Assembly: GCA_012295275.1 (NCBI GenBank)
Contig: CM022672.1
Span: 1,302,001 to 1,366,000, forward strand
Length of the DNA stretch: 64,000 nt
From: Chrysomallon squamiferum
Lineage: Eukaryota; Animalia; Mollusca
Reading direction: 5' to 3'
In this document: piece by piece, positions 27,230-42,989 of the stretch
Layout: every line of letters begins with the position of its first letter
Position numbering within the stretch: the stretch's first letter is position 1
Notes under the pieces: model-generated
Told to the model about the DNA's origin: nothing
Seen by the model: only the letters and a program-made list of their open reading frames with translations
Databases searched by the model: none
Position numbers and translations under genes: made by a program

Positions 27230-28734
27230 GAATAATAAAAAAAGATAACAAAAATTATAATAATAATAAAAAATGAAGAAAGGTGCGTGTAATTTCGTGC
27301 TATTAGCTCGCTTCACTGACCGCATAAGCATTCGTCAACAATATCTTTTTAACATTTGGTATTTTTGGATTGACTTTTTGACTCACCGTCAAACATTGCT
27401 GGATTCAAACCGATAGCCGCAACAATAACGTATCTGTTGGACCGATCTCCGGAGTTATAACGTGGGAGAGGATTGAGTCGGTTGTACGGGTCCGCAAAAT
27501 ACCAGCATTGTTTTTCGCCAAACCCCGTGATAAGATATAAGTTACCTGTGCCGATCTGTACAAGATTTCACACACAGGACGAAGATATGGATAACGGAAT
27601 GCACATTATTTTTGAAAACTATATCTTTTAATGTTAGTCACGATATATTCATAAATACAACATGGACAATGACATAGTGTATATATTTAGTTTATAGCTG
27701 TTCGGCCCAATCTAACAAAATTTAAAATACATTATGAGTGTTGGTTGTATTTACATACACACATAAAAACGTATCTGTAAAATATAATATATATTTATAC
27801 ACACACACACACACACACAAAGTGTGCATGTGAATGTGTGTGACTGTGCGTGTAATTTTAAATACAGTTATATATTAATGTAAACTTACGGACAACAAGA
27901 ATAAATAGTTTTGTCCTCACAGTTTTTACGTATTCCTTTTCCCCACATTCATCAAGATGCATCTCGACACACCACTGACTAAAAGCTCTTAATTTACTCT
28001 GTCGTTTATATAAAATAGTCTATTTGTCGCACTTCTACAATATTCGTGAAAACATACCGAACCCGGAGAAATAGTCATTATATTTGATTATTCACGTTAA
28101 TTTCAGGAATGGATTCACCTGCAGTTACATAATTTGTTGTTGTTGTTTTTATTCTATTTATTTTATTTATAGTTCCATGTCAGATGCATATATATATATA
28201 TATATATATAAATATAAATTCATTCATGCAAATGTTATGTGCCACATCGTTATCTAAAAAAAATCAGTCATTATAATAAATATCATTCACATGAGCGTAC
28301 ATTGATATTAGACAAAAATATTGTTATTTGAGCTTTAAGGCCTTTGTCTACCAATAGAATAGAATACAGGGTAATGGCTGACTAGAAAAGAACACACGAA
28401 AATCTGCACTGATCAGTTAATGCAAATTACTGAGATGTAAAATTAATTATTAATTTTATCCTATACCTTGTCACATGTATGATGATAATAACGATGACGA
28501 TGTTGTTGATGTGATAACTAAATGATAATGACTATCATGATAATAACAACAACAATAATAACAGTAATAATGGTGTAGTATATGTATTGTTATTAGTAGC
28601 AGTACAAGACGTTGAAGTCAGTAGCAGCAATAGCCGCAGTAGTAGTGGTAGTAGTGGTAGTAGTAGTAGTATTACTGTTGCTTTACTACTAATACAATTA
28701 AAACAACCATTTGTAATAATAATGTTGGTTGTGG

Positions 28735-28765
<31 letters not shown>

Positions 28766-28774
28766 AAACAAATA

Positions 28775-28939
28775 TATAAGTAAACAAGCGACCAAACAAA
28801 TAAATAACAACAGTAAAATAATAAAAACAAAATATTTAAAGATCAAATATCATGGGGAAAAAAAGTTCATTATTTGTAGGTTTTTTTTTTGTTATTATTA
28901 TTATTTTTTTTTTTTGTCACCATTTCAAATATATTTCAA
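28775..28939 (+). repeat. Dispersed direct repeat, copy 1
   Basis: TATAAGTAAACAAGC(G/A)ACCAAACAAA...AACAACAGTAAAAT...ATATTTAAA(G/T)ATCAAATATCATGG...ATTTCAAATATATT, shared with 30576-30714. Confidence 0.88.
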
Positions 28940-29156
28940 TATAAAACCCAATACATCGTTCTTTTTTATTTTTATTTTTTTTATTTTTCTGCTTGATGTA
29001 TACAATAAATCGGAAAAATAGAAAATAGTTGAGAGTTGTCATGTAAACGTGTGTAAAATTGATTACGCTATATCATAACGTGCAATTTGCATAGAATAAT
29101 ATTCACCTTCGCTTTAAATAGCAGTCTACAGCCGCTGTCGCAACCTTAGTGTACTA

Positions 29157-29642
<486 letters not shown>

Positions 29643-29885
29643 TCTCTAAATATCCCTCTGTCTGTGTATTTTTTACATACACACCTATATACATAAAACA
29701 GTTTTAAGGCACTACAAATATATATATATATATATAGACACAAAGGCTGCTATTGCGTCGCCATTACTACCACTACTATGAGGTTCTCCCAAAAGTCATT
29801 ATATCATAACTTTTAATTCTATAAGACAATCACCTCTTTAGTACACCATAAGTTCTTGGTACCGTTCATAGATAGGTTCGACTGA

Positions 29886-29922
<37 letters not shown>

Positions 29923-29980
29923 AGTGTTTGTTTGCGCGGGTGTCTCTCTCTCTCTTTCTCTCTCTCTCTCTATCTGTCTC

Positions 29981-30057
<77 letters not shown>

Positions 30058-30575
30058 GTCTGTCTGTCTTTCTGCATATATATATATATATAGTATTGGT
30101 GAAATAGATCCGCACAGATTTTTTAAGCGATGATAAACAATACATTACAACAACAACAACAACAACAATAAGAACGTCAGGTAATTCGTTTTGTCGACGC
30201 CTTGCATTATTATCTCCGTCTGTTTTCACTTTGTACACAGACAGATAAATTGATTTGTAACTCATCAGCATTCACTTAAACGTAGCAGATATACTCTGTC
30301 ATTAGCATATAGATTGAAAATACATATTGCTGTTATCATACAGTTTAACCACGTGCTGTCGATTAATACGTATGTAATTATTATACGCTGTAAGGACGTA
30401 TACAAAACCAAGCATTTCACAAAACCGTGGGAATCCAGTACAGTGTCGATGTAATATACAGTTTATTATTACACAACGTGTGAAAACTCACATTTATGCA
30501 TGTATGCATGTGTGCATTTATGTAATTACATTGTTTTTTTTTTATATATATATACAATGTGTTTGTGTGTGTATG

Positions 30576-30714
30576 TATAAGTAAACAAGCAACCAAACAA
30601 AATAATAACAACAGTAAAATGATACGAGCGATATATTTAAATATCAAATATCATGGAAATGTTTAATTTTTTATTATTATTTTTTTCTTTTATCATTATT
30701 TCAAATATATTCAA
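30576..30714 (+). repeat. Dispersed direct repeat, copy 2
   Basis: Matches 28775-28939; the minus-strand ORFs also match (MIFKY...IILLLL..CLVACLLI). Confidence 0.88.
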
Positions 30715-32269
30715 ACACACACACGCACACATACATATACACATATAAATACATATATGCATGCATGCATGCATACGCTGAAATACATGCTAATGCGTAT
30801 TAAATTAGAAAAAAAAGGAAAATTATAATGATGATGATGATGGTAATTTATTACTATTGTTGATGTTGTTGTTGTTCTCGCTATTATTATTGTTAAACAA
30901 CACCTTTATATATTCAATTAAAGTTTAAAACACTTTTTCCGTTGACGTCGTGGAAGTTTAGGTAACAACGTGTGAAATACAGTGTCGGTTGTGTAACAAC
31001 GTCGTGGACAACTACAAACAATCGACTGTTAGTCTGTTAGAGCATACATCGACGACGAAACCTCTTTGTGACAGCATCAAACACTTAATGGATCATATTG
31101 TTAGCACATGAATAGCAAATTAAAACTGATTCTAGTATTTGTAGCAGACATTCCGATAACAGATTTCTTGTATGAGGTTTTTTTTCGTGTTTCTGATGTT
31201 TTTGACGTAATATGATGATGATGATGATGACGACGATGATGATGATTTAAAAATAAAATTAAATTATAGAAGTATTGTTTTTAGACTGTATAGACATAGA
31301 TACATATAAGAACTATTCTTGCTTGCTGTATATATATTTCAGAAATATGTTTATTGGTTCAGATTATAGAAAAGTAAATTCTGAAGCTAACGATCCTGGT
31401 TCAAGTCGTCTCGGTGGATGTTTAGTAAATTGCTGCGCTGTGAATTATAAATAACGCATGAACGTACACGCACGTGCAGAGATATACACACAAATATATA
31501 AACAAACACGTATCATATATATTTTTTTTTTTCAACGTGGCATTTTAATGTTGTACAAGCACATATACAAATATATATATTACTAATTAAATATGCAGTT
31601 TAACAAAAATAAACTATATCTTTTCTTTGAGTTTTTAAAATTATTATAGCGGGATCTGCCTTTCTAATAAAAGAAACATCGATTATTATGCATTCGTGAT
31701 TTAATCATACTTCATTTTCACTCAGAAACAAAAACATACTGGAGAAAACTAAACCGACACAAAAATACAGAGAAAGAGAGAAAGAAATCCACGCTTTTGT
31801 CCGTTTACTGTCTGTCACGTTATGTCATCGATTAGTCATATCTGTCATCTACTCAGTTAGAGCCACTGGTCATTCTGTTAAAGCACTGCATTGCTTGTAC
31901 GTTGTTGTTTTGGTGTTTTGTTGGATTTTTTTTTTTGTTGTTGTTGTTATTATTGTTGTTCACTGTATTGTTAAAAACTGCTTTATGAAACTCTTTCAGT
32001 TTCGACTGATTACTTTTTCTTTTCATTTTTTCATTTTTTTTCTTATGTCATTCTCTTTTCTGTTCTTTCTTGTTTCTCTCTCCATCTAGTAGTATATAAT
32101 TTGTCTGCTTGTCTACAAATCTTTATCTATCTATCTATCTATCTATCTATCAGTCAAGCCTGTTTCTTTGTGACTATTTCTTGTGTCTCCCTTCATCTCG
32201 TTCTTTCCATCTCTTTCTATCTCTCATTCCTATATCTTCTTCAGTCCTTCCTACTACCACTACTACTTT

Positions 32270-32308
<39 letters not shown>

Positions 32309-34082
32309 GACTACTACTACTACTACTACTCTATCACCACTCCTCCTCCTACTACTACTACTACTATTATTAATAAATAAATTAATAAATTAATAAATAA
32401 ATTAATAAATTAATAAACAAATAAATCATTAACACTAAAGCTTAGACTGCTGGATAGTATGTCCACTGTAGGCGTGCTTTACGACATCTCTCATCCATAC
32501 GATATCACGCCTTCCCGACATAAACCAGCTTTATCACCTAGACATTTTTCAAGGACAGATTTTTCCATCTGAAACCACGTCTCGCTAAACTTAGTGCTGC
32601 GGTTTATTTTTATCTAGTACGTACAGCGTGGCTGACGTTCAGATACCTGATACTCACAGTAAGGGTGGTGACATTTTAGACAAGGAAGAACAACTTTTTT
32701 TTATTCTTCTTCTTATTTTTATTATATACGTTAAGCCACAGCAGTTACATAGAGCGGTTTACACGGTAAAGTAGGTTTTTGTGTGTGTCTTTTTATTTCT
32801 TTCCATCTTTCCTTTATTTTTCATACTTCTTTTTTTTCTTCTTCTTCTTTTTTTTTTTTTTTTTTTTTTTTTGATTAAATTATTTAAAGATCATTTTTAG
32901 CTTCAAAAAGTGCCCTGCAGGCATGTATAGTTAAGCCTAAGCACATTTATATACAAATATAGGTGTTTTTTTTATATCACTGCACCAACGTTTTCTAACA
33001 ATAAAGTATGTCACTAAAATAACAAACTTCATCAGGATACATTTAAATAATCTGTCTGTAAGAGTAAAATATAAGCGTGTGTCAATTTTTCGAGACCGGC
33101 ATTTTGTTTTGTTTCGCTTTGTTTTTATTTTTGTTTATATTTCAAAATTTTCAGTTTTTCAAAAGATGGGTCATACTACCAAATCTTCACATCTCATTTC
33201 TACGCCCTTTGTTTCATTTCATGTTCCTTTCAAAAACACACAAACACACACACACACAAGAACATATACTCATATATTTTTGTGTGTATCTATGTTTCAT
33301 TCTGTATATCTCATGTATAAATGTATTTGTATCTCGTTGCTATTTGCCAAGAGCAGCTCACGGAGAGTGTGAACGACGTATTCTACCTCTCGTATCACAT
33401 CACTATAACAGTAATCATACTTGTGACACCTATTAGCTTTCCATACAAATACAACGAGGTGTCATGAAACAAATATTTATTCACTCAAGCAGGGTTTTTT
33501 TACAATAATTTCTCCATGGCTGAAAGAGAATACTTAAATGTGTTTATGTCACAAAAAAAGTGATTATGCTCTATTATTTTGTATTATGACATGTTTATAT
33601 CAGGAGAGAATCGTTTCTTGATTACACTTTTGTATCCTTTATCATTAGGAAAGCTTGTCTGCACGTGAATGTTACCAATTACTTACCAATGTTGACAAAA
33701 ACATTCATTTATAAAAACTGTGATTCCTTTTCATCAGTGTAACCCCGGCTAGATTATATGTATATATGTTTTATAAGGTAAAAAGTATACATTCACCTGT
33801 CAGAAATAATTAAATAGGTGTGAATATAGGTGAAGATATTCGATTTCTAAATTAAATAATATTTCACAAGCACGGCCTTTTAACAATACTCTAATAAATG
33901 TTTGATCGTGCCTTCTTCAGCGTAAAGATAAGTACCCTCTTTGAAAACAAAGGTTTATTAACGACATTTATATCTGTGATCTAAGCCTTCAGTCACACTT
34001 TATAACACAGAACATGTAACACGTGTAGTGTCATAGGACAAAAAGATGCTCAAAATTAGGAGACAAATAGATTAATTATTTA

Positions 34083-34328
<246 letters not shown>

Positions 34329-34840
34329 GTACTCTGTGTTAACAGGTTTACTTCATAATTTGATGTACTTTATATAAATTTTGCCGGTTTGCTCAAAGGT
34401 CACGAACGCATAATAAAATGGCAGAGTCCCAGAATAAAGTTGATGTATCAATTTGCATAGCATTAACTTTTCATCGCGTAGCGGATTAGTTCTCAAACAG
34501 CATCTCCCTTGTTTTACTTGTTTTTATTGCTGTTAAAGAGTCTAGCTTGTTTTCTTGTCTACTTCTTTTTAATTTTATTTTGAAGGGAAAAATAATCTGT
34601 GAAACATCTCTATTAACCTTTATACTCTCATTAACTGGCAAAAGTACAGACTTCATTTCAGCATTCTTGATTTATGCACGGTTATCACAGAGTTTAGGAG
34701 AAAAAAAAATTGAAATCACGGCTAATTTGTTATGGTGCAGTGTAGATTAATGTTTGCGTTTTGTATTTCAGATCTCCAACTTTTTCTACTTCTTTTTATT
34801 AGTATTACTATTTCTTAACAACGGTTTCTTCTTCTTCTTC

Positions 34841-34873
<33 letters not shown>

Positions 34874-35330
34874 ATGGTATTTGTGGTGTGGTGGTGTTGT
34901 TGTTGCTGTTGCTGTTACTATTATTTTAATATTTTCGTTATTTTATTATTATTACGGGAAGAACTTTAATTTTATTTAAAAGTGTTTACATCATAAAGAA
35001 GTAATGGTTAAACTGCTGCTTATATTCTGTCACTTTTATACGAGTATACAAGTGATTTTTAATTATATTGTATCCCAAGACATTTTTATTATTTATTTTT
35101 TTATTTTACAAATAATCGTTTATTGACTGTTTTTGTATCATTAATCATCATAAAGCTTGTTCCAATGTTAATGTTACTTATCGTCTGGCAGTTTTATTTT
35201 ATTAACCATTACTGACTATACATGAAAATATTCCCCCTTTTTTTTCTTTCGCACTAATCCTGAATGTGAATTAACCAACACTGCACAAACATAACTTTTA
35301 TGACACAACGTTATATATGTAAATGCACCC

Positions 35331-35368
<38 letters not shown>

Positions 35369-35622
35369 GATAAAGTACAGTTTTTATGTATTAAAAAACA
35401 TTTATTATCGCGGACGAATAAAATTAATGTATCGGCGTGAGGCGGCGTTTTAGGTCGACATCCGCAGAAATTATTAATAGAAAAATCGATAATGTTTCTA
35501 TTTTTAGCTCCTGGCTGACGCCGTCTCTTGATAAATGATCCTGCATTAGCATACTAACATCAATAAATTATATCTTTTTCAGTAATTTGCCCCCCCCCAC
35601 CTCCGCCGTACCCTACACACAG

Positions 35623-35623
<1 letters not shown>

Positions 35624-35689
<66 letters not shown>
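35624..35689. repeat. (AC)n microsatellite
   Basis: Directly visible. Confidence 0.96.
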
Positions 35690-35691
<2 letters not shown>

Positions 35692-36199
35692 CATATTTAT
35701 TCTAATAAAGGTACATGAAACTGCGGTTTGAATTATTTAATACCGGCGTTATAGATATTTCGGTGACATCTGGTCATTTTCATAAAATGCCATAGAAAAC
35801 TGCGAATAGAGATTGTTAGCGTGGTTTTAGATGGGCGTTTCATAGACGCCTGCCTGTCAAATAATGATAAGAATAAGCCAATAATAATGTATTTGACATT
35901 ATTGTCAGTCATCTACACGACTTGCAGCGATTAACAACAAGGAGAACGCTTATATCATAGCATTCCAGAAAACGAACTTTATCGGAGAAAGGATTAATGA
36001 AAATGGATTTGGGGAACTGGGTCTGTGAGCGAAAAGAAAAAAAAAACAAAAAAACGAAACAAACAAACAAACAAAATCCATTTGCTATCTATCACATATT
36101 TCTTGAGATATGATTTTCTCGTTCCTGCCAAGACAGACAACTATAAATATGTAAAAAAACAACAAAAAAACCAAACAATTCCGCTGCATCTCAGAAAAG

Positions 36200-36325
36200 G
36201 ATTAAAATTTTGAAGCATGTGGACTACAATCGCTTCTGGGGCCCTACTGATTAGGGGCCTTTCTGATTAGGGGCCCTACTAATTAGGGGCCCTTCGTTTA
36301 ATTTTATAATAGATCCGCCCCAGTG
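36200..36325. mobile_element. Probable non-autonomous DNA element remnant with an internal 16-bp repeat
   Basis: GGGGCCCTACTGATTA-type units at 36238, 36254, 36270 and 36286 (partial), then TAGATCCGCCCCAG at 36310-36323, which resembles the common invertebrate element end TAGATCCGCCCCTG. Confidence 0.45.
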
Positions 36326-37332
36326 TGCCTGTTTTTATTTAAATATGACTTTCAACAATTAATTACTGATTGCATACTGATACATTCGCATGCCTGTACA
36401 AATACATTCTCGCACGCAAACACACACGTACACACACACGTGTTATAATGACGCACCACCTATTAATGATCTTCTAGCAGCGTGCACCTAATTGTTACTT
36501 TTAACTGAAACCATTAAACTCCGTGCACAGCATGAAGAAAGAAAATACATAAAAACGAACATAAGCAAGCTATAGGTATATGTGTACATACTTTTAAACA
36601 TACAAACATTCATACATACATACATACATACATACAGAATCACACATACATATATATGCATACACTGACACACAAACATACGCACATACATATTCCTATG
36701 AAAACACACACACACACACATATATATATATATTTGAGTTAAAAAGTGTGCCTCTAGTGAGTTAGTGAATTTCGCGTCGTGTCGTTCGCTTTGTCCGTGG
36801 AATATCTATATGTTCAATACTATAAGTCACCTACTTTCCCTGCATATGCATGATGGCACATGAATAGTAAAGATTAAGCTACTTAATTGTTCGGGGTGCA
36901 GGGCAGGTCTTATGTTGTAACAGCTATGCCCAGGAGTGTACGTCTAGAGCTGTACTTCACGGTGTATCATACGGAATTCGCTACAGTCTCAAACCTGTAC
37001 AGTCTGCTTAATTGTTTCGTACTGTTCGTTACTTTGGACGTCATGCCGGTTTTCAGCAGAACATGTTAGTGGAAATTTATGTATCTATCTATATATCTAT
37101 ATATATATATAGGTTTTTCTTCTTTGGGGTGTGTTTTCTTATTTGTATTCTTAATCCGAGGTTGTGCAGACATGGACGAGAGAGAAGCATTTGGACACGG
37201 GAGTTTATTTTACCGTTCAGTGAACAGACATACATACATCGATTATATGTGTACAGGTTGCGTGAGTATGGATACTGGTATTTGTGTTTAAAGGTATAAC
37301 TGTTAAGGTGCGTGTGTTTGTATATATGTATG

Positions 37333-37364
<32 letters not shown>

Positions 37365-37546
37365 CATGTATGTATATGTATATATATATATATGAGCTCA
37401 GTAATAACATTTCTTCATAATTTAATATGCTATATACATATAAACACACGCACATACATATATATATATATATATATATATGTATACGTACATACACATA
37501 TACATATAATTGCATATATGTTCCGTACTGTTATCTATGTAGATAG

Positions 37547-37655
<109 letters not shown>

Positions 37656-38293
37656 TAATTAAGTCCTCCGTAGACTGATTTTAATACTAGTTTTTAACAT
37701 AAAATAAAAGGTAATAACAGAGACGTCATACTGCACATTATTCTTAAAACATGTGTCGTTCTAACGGCAGCCAGCACTATTTTATTTACCACTGCAACAG
37801 TTCCATTTAATTATTTTACATTTCTGTTATGTAACGGTAAATGATAATATAAACTGTGTATTATATTTCTTTGTCATAACGAACTATTTGACATAAACTG
37901 TATACAACGGTGAATTTATTAGTGTGGCCTCAGTGCAGTAGTATTATTCTCTACATTATGTGTATGTTAAAGATAAAGATAAATTATTTATTATCGCGAT
38001 ATTAATTATTCGAATAGCAATAAATGTTGGGTGTTATTTGGATTATATTTTAATTTTTTTTCTAGAACGCTTATTCTGAATCAAACTTCCAATGACTAAT
38101 TAATATGTTATTTTCGTTATTTTTTATTTTATATATATATGTATATATATGTATATTGTTATTAATTAATTGTCTGTAATTATTTTTGAGAAGAGGGTAA
38201 GCAGATGATAGAGCGAAAGAGCTAGAAATCGTCTGAAAGAGAGTAAATAATACTGCAGACATGTAAACTATTTGCAGTGAAATACATTTACAC

Positions 38294-38334
<41 letters not shown>

Positions 38335-38729
38335 GAAAAACAAATTTTAATTTCTATTCCGCCATGTTGAAACAGACGAGCTAATAACCAAAGGTAACTG
38401 TTGAGTGTGCGTGATGTGTGATATACGTGCATTGTGTTAAATTAGCTGTAATATACTTTGTTTTCCTACCCTTCCCTTGACCCTGCGGGTTTGTTAATGA
38501 CATCGCACCAACACACACAATATGTATTTGACATGCACCATCACATATACGATTACAAAGGTGAAAAAAATATTGAAATTTACTGGAAAGAGAACGCTAT
38601 ATATAACATGGTACGCGCAAAAATAGCAACGTGAAAATCGATGTTGCAATAAACAAGTGCTGTACAGTTTGTCACTGGTAAGTAACACTGGAACAATTAA
38701 AATTCAGATGATGATTCTTCGCTGCTTTC

Positions 38730-38964
38730 GATGGATTTCTTTATTATATTACATTATTATTATTAGTAGTAGTAGTAGTATTAGTAGTAATAGTAGTAGT
38801 AGTAATAGTAGTAGTAGTAGTAGTAGATGGATTTCTTTATTATATTACATTATTATTATTAGTAGTAGTAGTAGTAGTAATAGTAGTAATAGTAGTAGTA
38901 GTAGTAATAGTAGTAGTAGTAGTAGTAGATGGATTTCTTTATTATATTACATTATTATTATTAT

Positions 38965-38999
<35 letters not shown>

Positions 39000-39108
39000 A
39001 TAGTAGTAGTAGTAGTAGTAGATGGATTTCTTTATTATATTACATTATTATTATTAGTAGTAGTAGTAGTAGTAATAGTAGTAATAGTAGTAGTAGTAGT
39101 AATAGTAT
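38730..39108. repeat. Four-copy ~97-bp tandem repeat: constant head GATGGATTTCTTTATTATATTACATTATTATTATT plus variable (AGT/AAT)n tail
   Basis: Heads at 38730, 38826, 38928 and 39021 (periods 96, 102, 93). Confidence 0.95.
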
Positions 39109-39293
39109 TGCATGAATTATTATTAGTATTATTATAAGTATTAGCAGTTTATATTGTATTGGACCGTATTATATATTTTATTTATCTATTTATTTATTTA
39201 GTTTGTTAGTCAGTTAGTTGTAGTACTGTTGGTAATGGTACTAGTTATAATAGCAGTCGTAGCAAAAATGGTAATAATAGAAGTAATAGGGCT

Positions 39294-39363
39294 AGTAATA
39301 GTAGGAGTAATAGTAGGAGTAATAGTAGGAGTAATAGTAGGAGTAATAGTAGGAGTAATAGTA
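39294..39363. repeat. 12-bp tandem repeat AGTAATAGTAGG, ~5.8 copies
   Basis: Directly visible. Confidence 0.9.
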
Positions 39364-40891
39364 ACGGCATGAATAGAAGCAGAGGTGGTAAAAGACTTTG
39401 TGATACTAGAAGTAGTAGTAACAGTAGTAGTAATCGTAGTAGTAGTAACAGTAGAAGTAGGGTGATAGTAGTAGTAATAGTAGTAGCAGTAGTAGTAGTA
39501 GTAGTAGCTTTATTAATAACGGATAACCCAACAGTTCAACACTCGATACAAAAAATTTTAAAAGTGAAAACAAAATTAAAAAGTAAAATAAAAATTAAAT
39601 TTAAAAATAATAAAAAAGTAATAAATAATAACGCAAAAAACGTCAAAAGAATAATTGTACAATAAACTAGTTCTATTTTTGAAAAGAAAAAAAGAAAAGA
39701 AAAAGATATATATATTTTTTTACCTTGTCATGTCCCCCATGGAGCTGTAACAAAAAGATTTTGTGTCAGTGAAAAGTAGATTTATATTACCTGTCCGCGA
39801 TTTTAGTTCAGTATCCGACTCTGAATCACTTCGGTTTTATATGTCACAGCACTACAGCATCGGTGGGGATATTCCTATTTATAGACGTTTTATTATTGTT
39901 GTTATTGTTATCGAAAGATGCTGGATAATCCATGCGTGATGGATTTCCATTCAAAGAGCGCCCCCTATAGGTATTTTTAGGTAACCGGAATATCCAACGT
40001 TAACAAAGGCGTAATTCATTTAAAGGTTGAATGACTGAAGATGAAAATTCGGGTTTGCATATTGTATTATACTGGAATTCTTTCAAAAAAATAAAAATAA
40101 AAAAATGAAAAAAAGATAATACTTTTTTGTTTGTAAAATATGAAACACCCAGTCAATTCAGAATATATATTTTTTTTTAATGATGAATCGTGGGAAGGCT
40201 GTTGAAAATATTCTTACTGACCTAATTTTGTAGATTTGTTCTGTTCCGCTATCTTTTCTGTTTCCCGTTCCAGCCAGTGCTGTGTGGCTCGTGGATTATT
40301 TCTCTGATTATCAACAAGATCAAACAGTTAGAAACTTGTTTTATAAACACACAAACAAACATACACGCGCACTATTTCAAAATGTTTTAATGTTCTAATG
40401 ATGGAACGAACATTTTTTTTATCTTTTTATTTTTTTCATTTTTAAATTTGACGATAACGTTATTATCAATTTTTTTATAATATATATATATATATTTTTA
40501 AGTGCTAAACATTAAAACTCAGATTTTTTTTACACCACTTCTTCACAATATTTTTATTCACTAACTCACACACCCAAACCTTGCCATTTTATTTCTCACA
40601 CATTATCCTTTTATTTAAGTGCAAATTCACACTTCTGGATTAAATTTCCACTAACATTGGTTGAGTTATGTGCATAGAGTTTCGAGACTAGAGAAACTTA
40701 CTGTTGACAAAGCACTTATCAGTTTGGGGATTTTTGTATGTGTCTTTTATGCCATGGTGTGATGTGTTAATCATTCGCGTTAAAGATAAACCTTTATTTT
40801 TCTATATAATCATTCCGTCTTCCTGTGGGAATTGTCTTCTTTTGGGATTTTTTTTTTTTTTTTCCGTGTTCCTGTGGGAATATTGTCGGAG

Positions 40892-40892
40892 T

Positions 40893-40984
<92 letters not shown>

Positions 40985-41012
40985 CAGACAGAGAGACAGA
41001 GAGAGACAGAGA
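40892..41012. repeat. (GT)n-(GA)n compound microsatellite
   Basis: Directly visible. Confidence 0.95.
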
Positions 41013-42924
41013 CACCCATTTCCGTTCAGAGATTTTTTTTCAGAGAGAGTCTTTTTTGTTCTCCTTTTCATATCAAAATTAATTATCTCCGCTTTTCTCT
41101 TCCTTTTAGTTTCTTTTCTTTCTTTCTTTTTTTTTTTAATTTTCCATAATGATTAAAAAATATATTCATCATACTAATTCGCCGAGCAGTATATTTATAA
41201 AATTTAATTTTTTTATTCCTTTTTATTTGAACATATCAAAAATAAATTTGTTTGTATGTTTATTTATTAATTTATATTCATTGTAAAAGTTTGAAATCAA
41301 CATCTTTTAATTTTTAATTTTTTTATTTGTTTGTTTATTTATTTATATCACATGGTTTGAAATAACATTTTTAAGTAATGATTTTATATATATATGTGTA
41401 TATACATTCATGCATACATACATACACAGATACATAGATTATAAACGTACAATGTGTGTGTGTGTGTACTCCACTGTCACAAGAGTCTTAGCAGAAATTA
41501 GCTTTACTGTATGTTCCATTCTAGTTTAAGTAAAGTATTTACTGCAATATGGATCAACCTTTCATTGATATATGCATGAAAATACACGATTCTGATGAAT
41601 AATAACAAGAACTAAATCATAAGAGACCGGGGGTCGAAAATATCGTCAATAAATCATGTCTGAATTTTTTCGTGTTTACTGTACGTCACATTTGTATATA
41701 TGTTCCTTACGAAATATTATTATAATCTAGATATATTTATTTTTTTTTTATTATTATTTTTTTTTTATATAAAAGTTATATGTTCATATATAAATTTAAA
41801 CGTCATATATTTACAATTATTATTTTATTAAATGTATCTTGCACAAAAATTAAACACTAACTTATATATATATATATATATCTGTCGGTTAACAATATTA
41901 AGTTAGTTAAATAATCTTTTAGTGCCTTTTATCGGTAAATCACATACATCCAAGGTTTTGGTTGAATTCAGATACAAAAAAAAAAAAAAATAATAATAAT
42001 AATAATAAATCAATAAAAAAAATCAAACATTTAAACAAGTTTTTTTTCTAAAAAATCACCACACACTGTGGTATAATTGATTGAACATTTTTTGTTTTGT
42101 TCGTGAAATTAACGTCAAGATTTCATAAAAAGAGTTTCTTTGTGTTACAGAACATTATTTATCTACAATTTTTCACAGCTGTGTTAAACAAGAGAAATAT
42201 TGTTAAAAACCACTTCTGTTTTATGATGTTTCGAATTATTGGGGAAATGCAACAGTTGGATAACTGGCTATTAAGCTGTGTATTATATATTAAATAACGG
42301 CATACATACCAGACGTAGTCAAGTACAATTATTTGCAATGCCTAAATTTCAACAAAGATTTAAAAAAATAAATAAATTAAAAAATCGCTGTCGAAAAAAC
42401 CACTACATTTTGTTACATGCACGCCTACGATTGAAGGATATTCAAGCTTTGCGGTTTTATTTATGTTATTCAATGTACCTTTTGGATATATGTATAAAAT
42501 TAATGATCTGAGAACTTCTTTATATTTCCAAGATATTATTTTACTGTTGTGGGCTACCTACTATCGCTCAAAACAAAATAAGAAATGAATGTCGTGATGT
42601 CATAATTAATGTTGTGACGTCATTGTACAGGCCTGTCAGACTGACAGTGCGTTTCTCTTTCTGACAACACTTCAAACAACAGCAAAATGGTCGACATTGT
42701 ATACGACGAAATGACGACTACGGAAAAATGTTTTTCAAATGTAAGACTGGACGTCAAACATAATAAGAATAAGAATAAGAATAAGAATAAGAATAAATAA
42801 ATAAATAAATAAATAAATAAAAATTTATATATGACTTCGATGCATACATTATTTTTTGATTTTCATTTAAAAAATGAAATATTAATGAGTTCATTTTTGT
42901 TTTATATTTCTGTTTTTTCTTTCG

Positions 42925-42989
<65 letters not shown>

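Noticed and set aside
38730-39108. CRISPR-like repeat/spacer appearance
   Set aside because: The spacers are (AGT)n microsatellite rather than unique sequence, there are no cas genes, and the context is eukaryotic.
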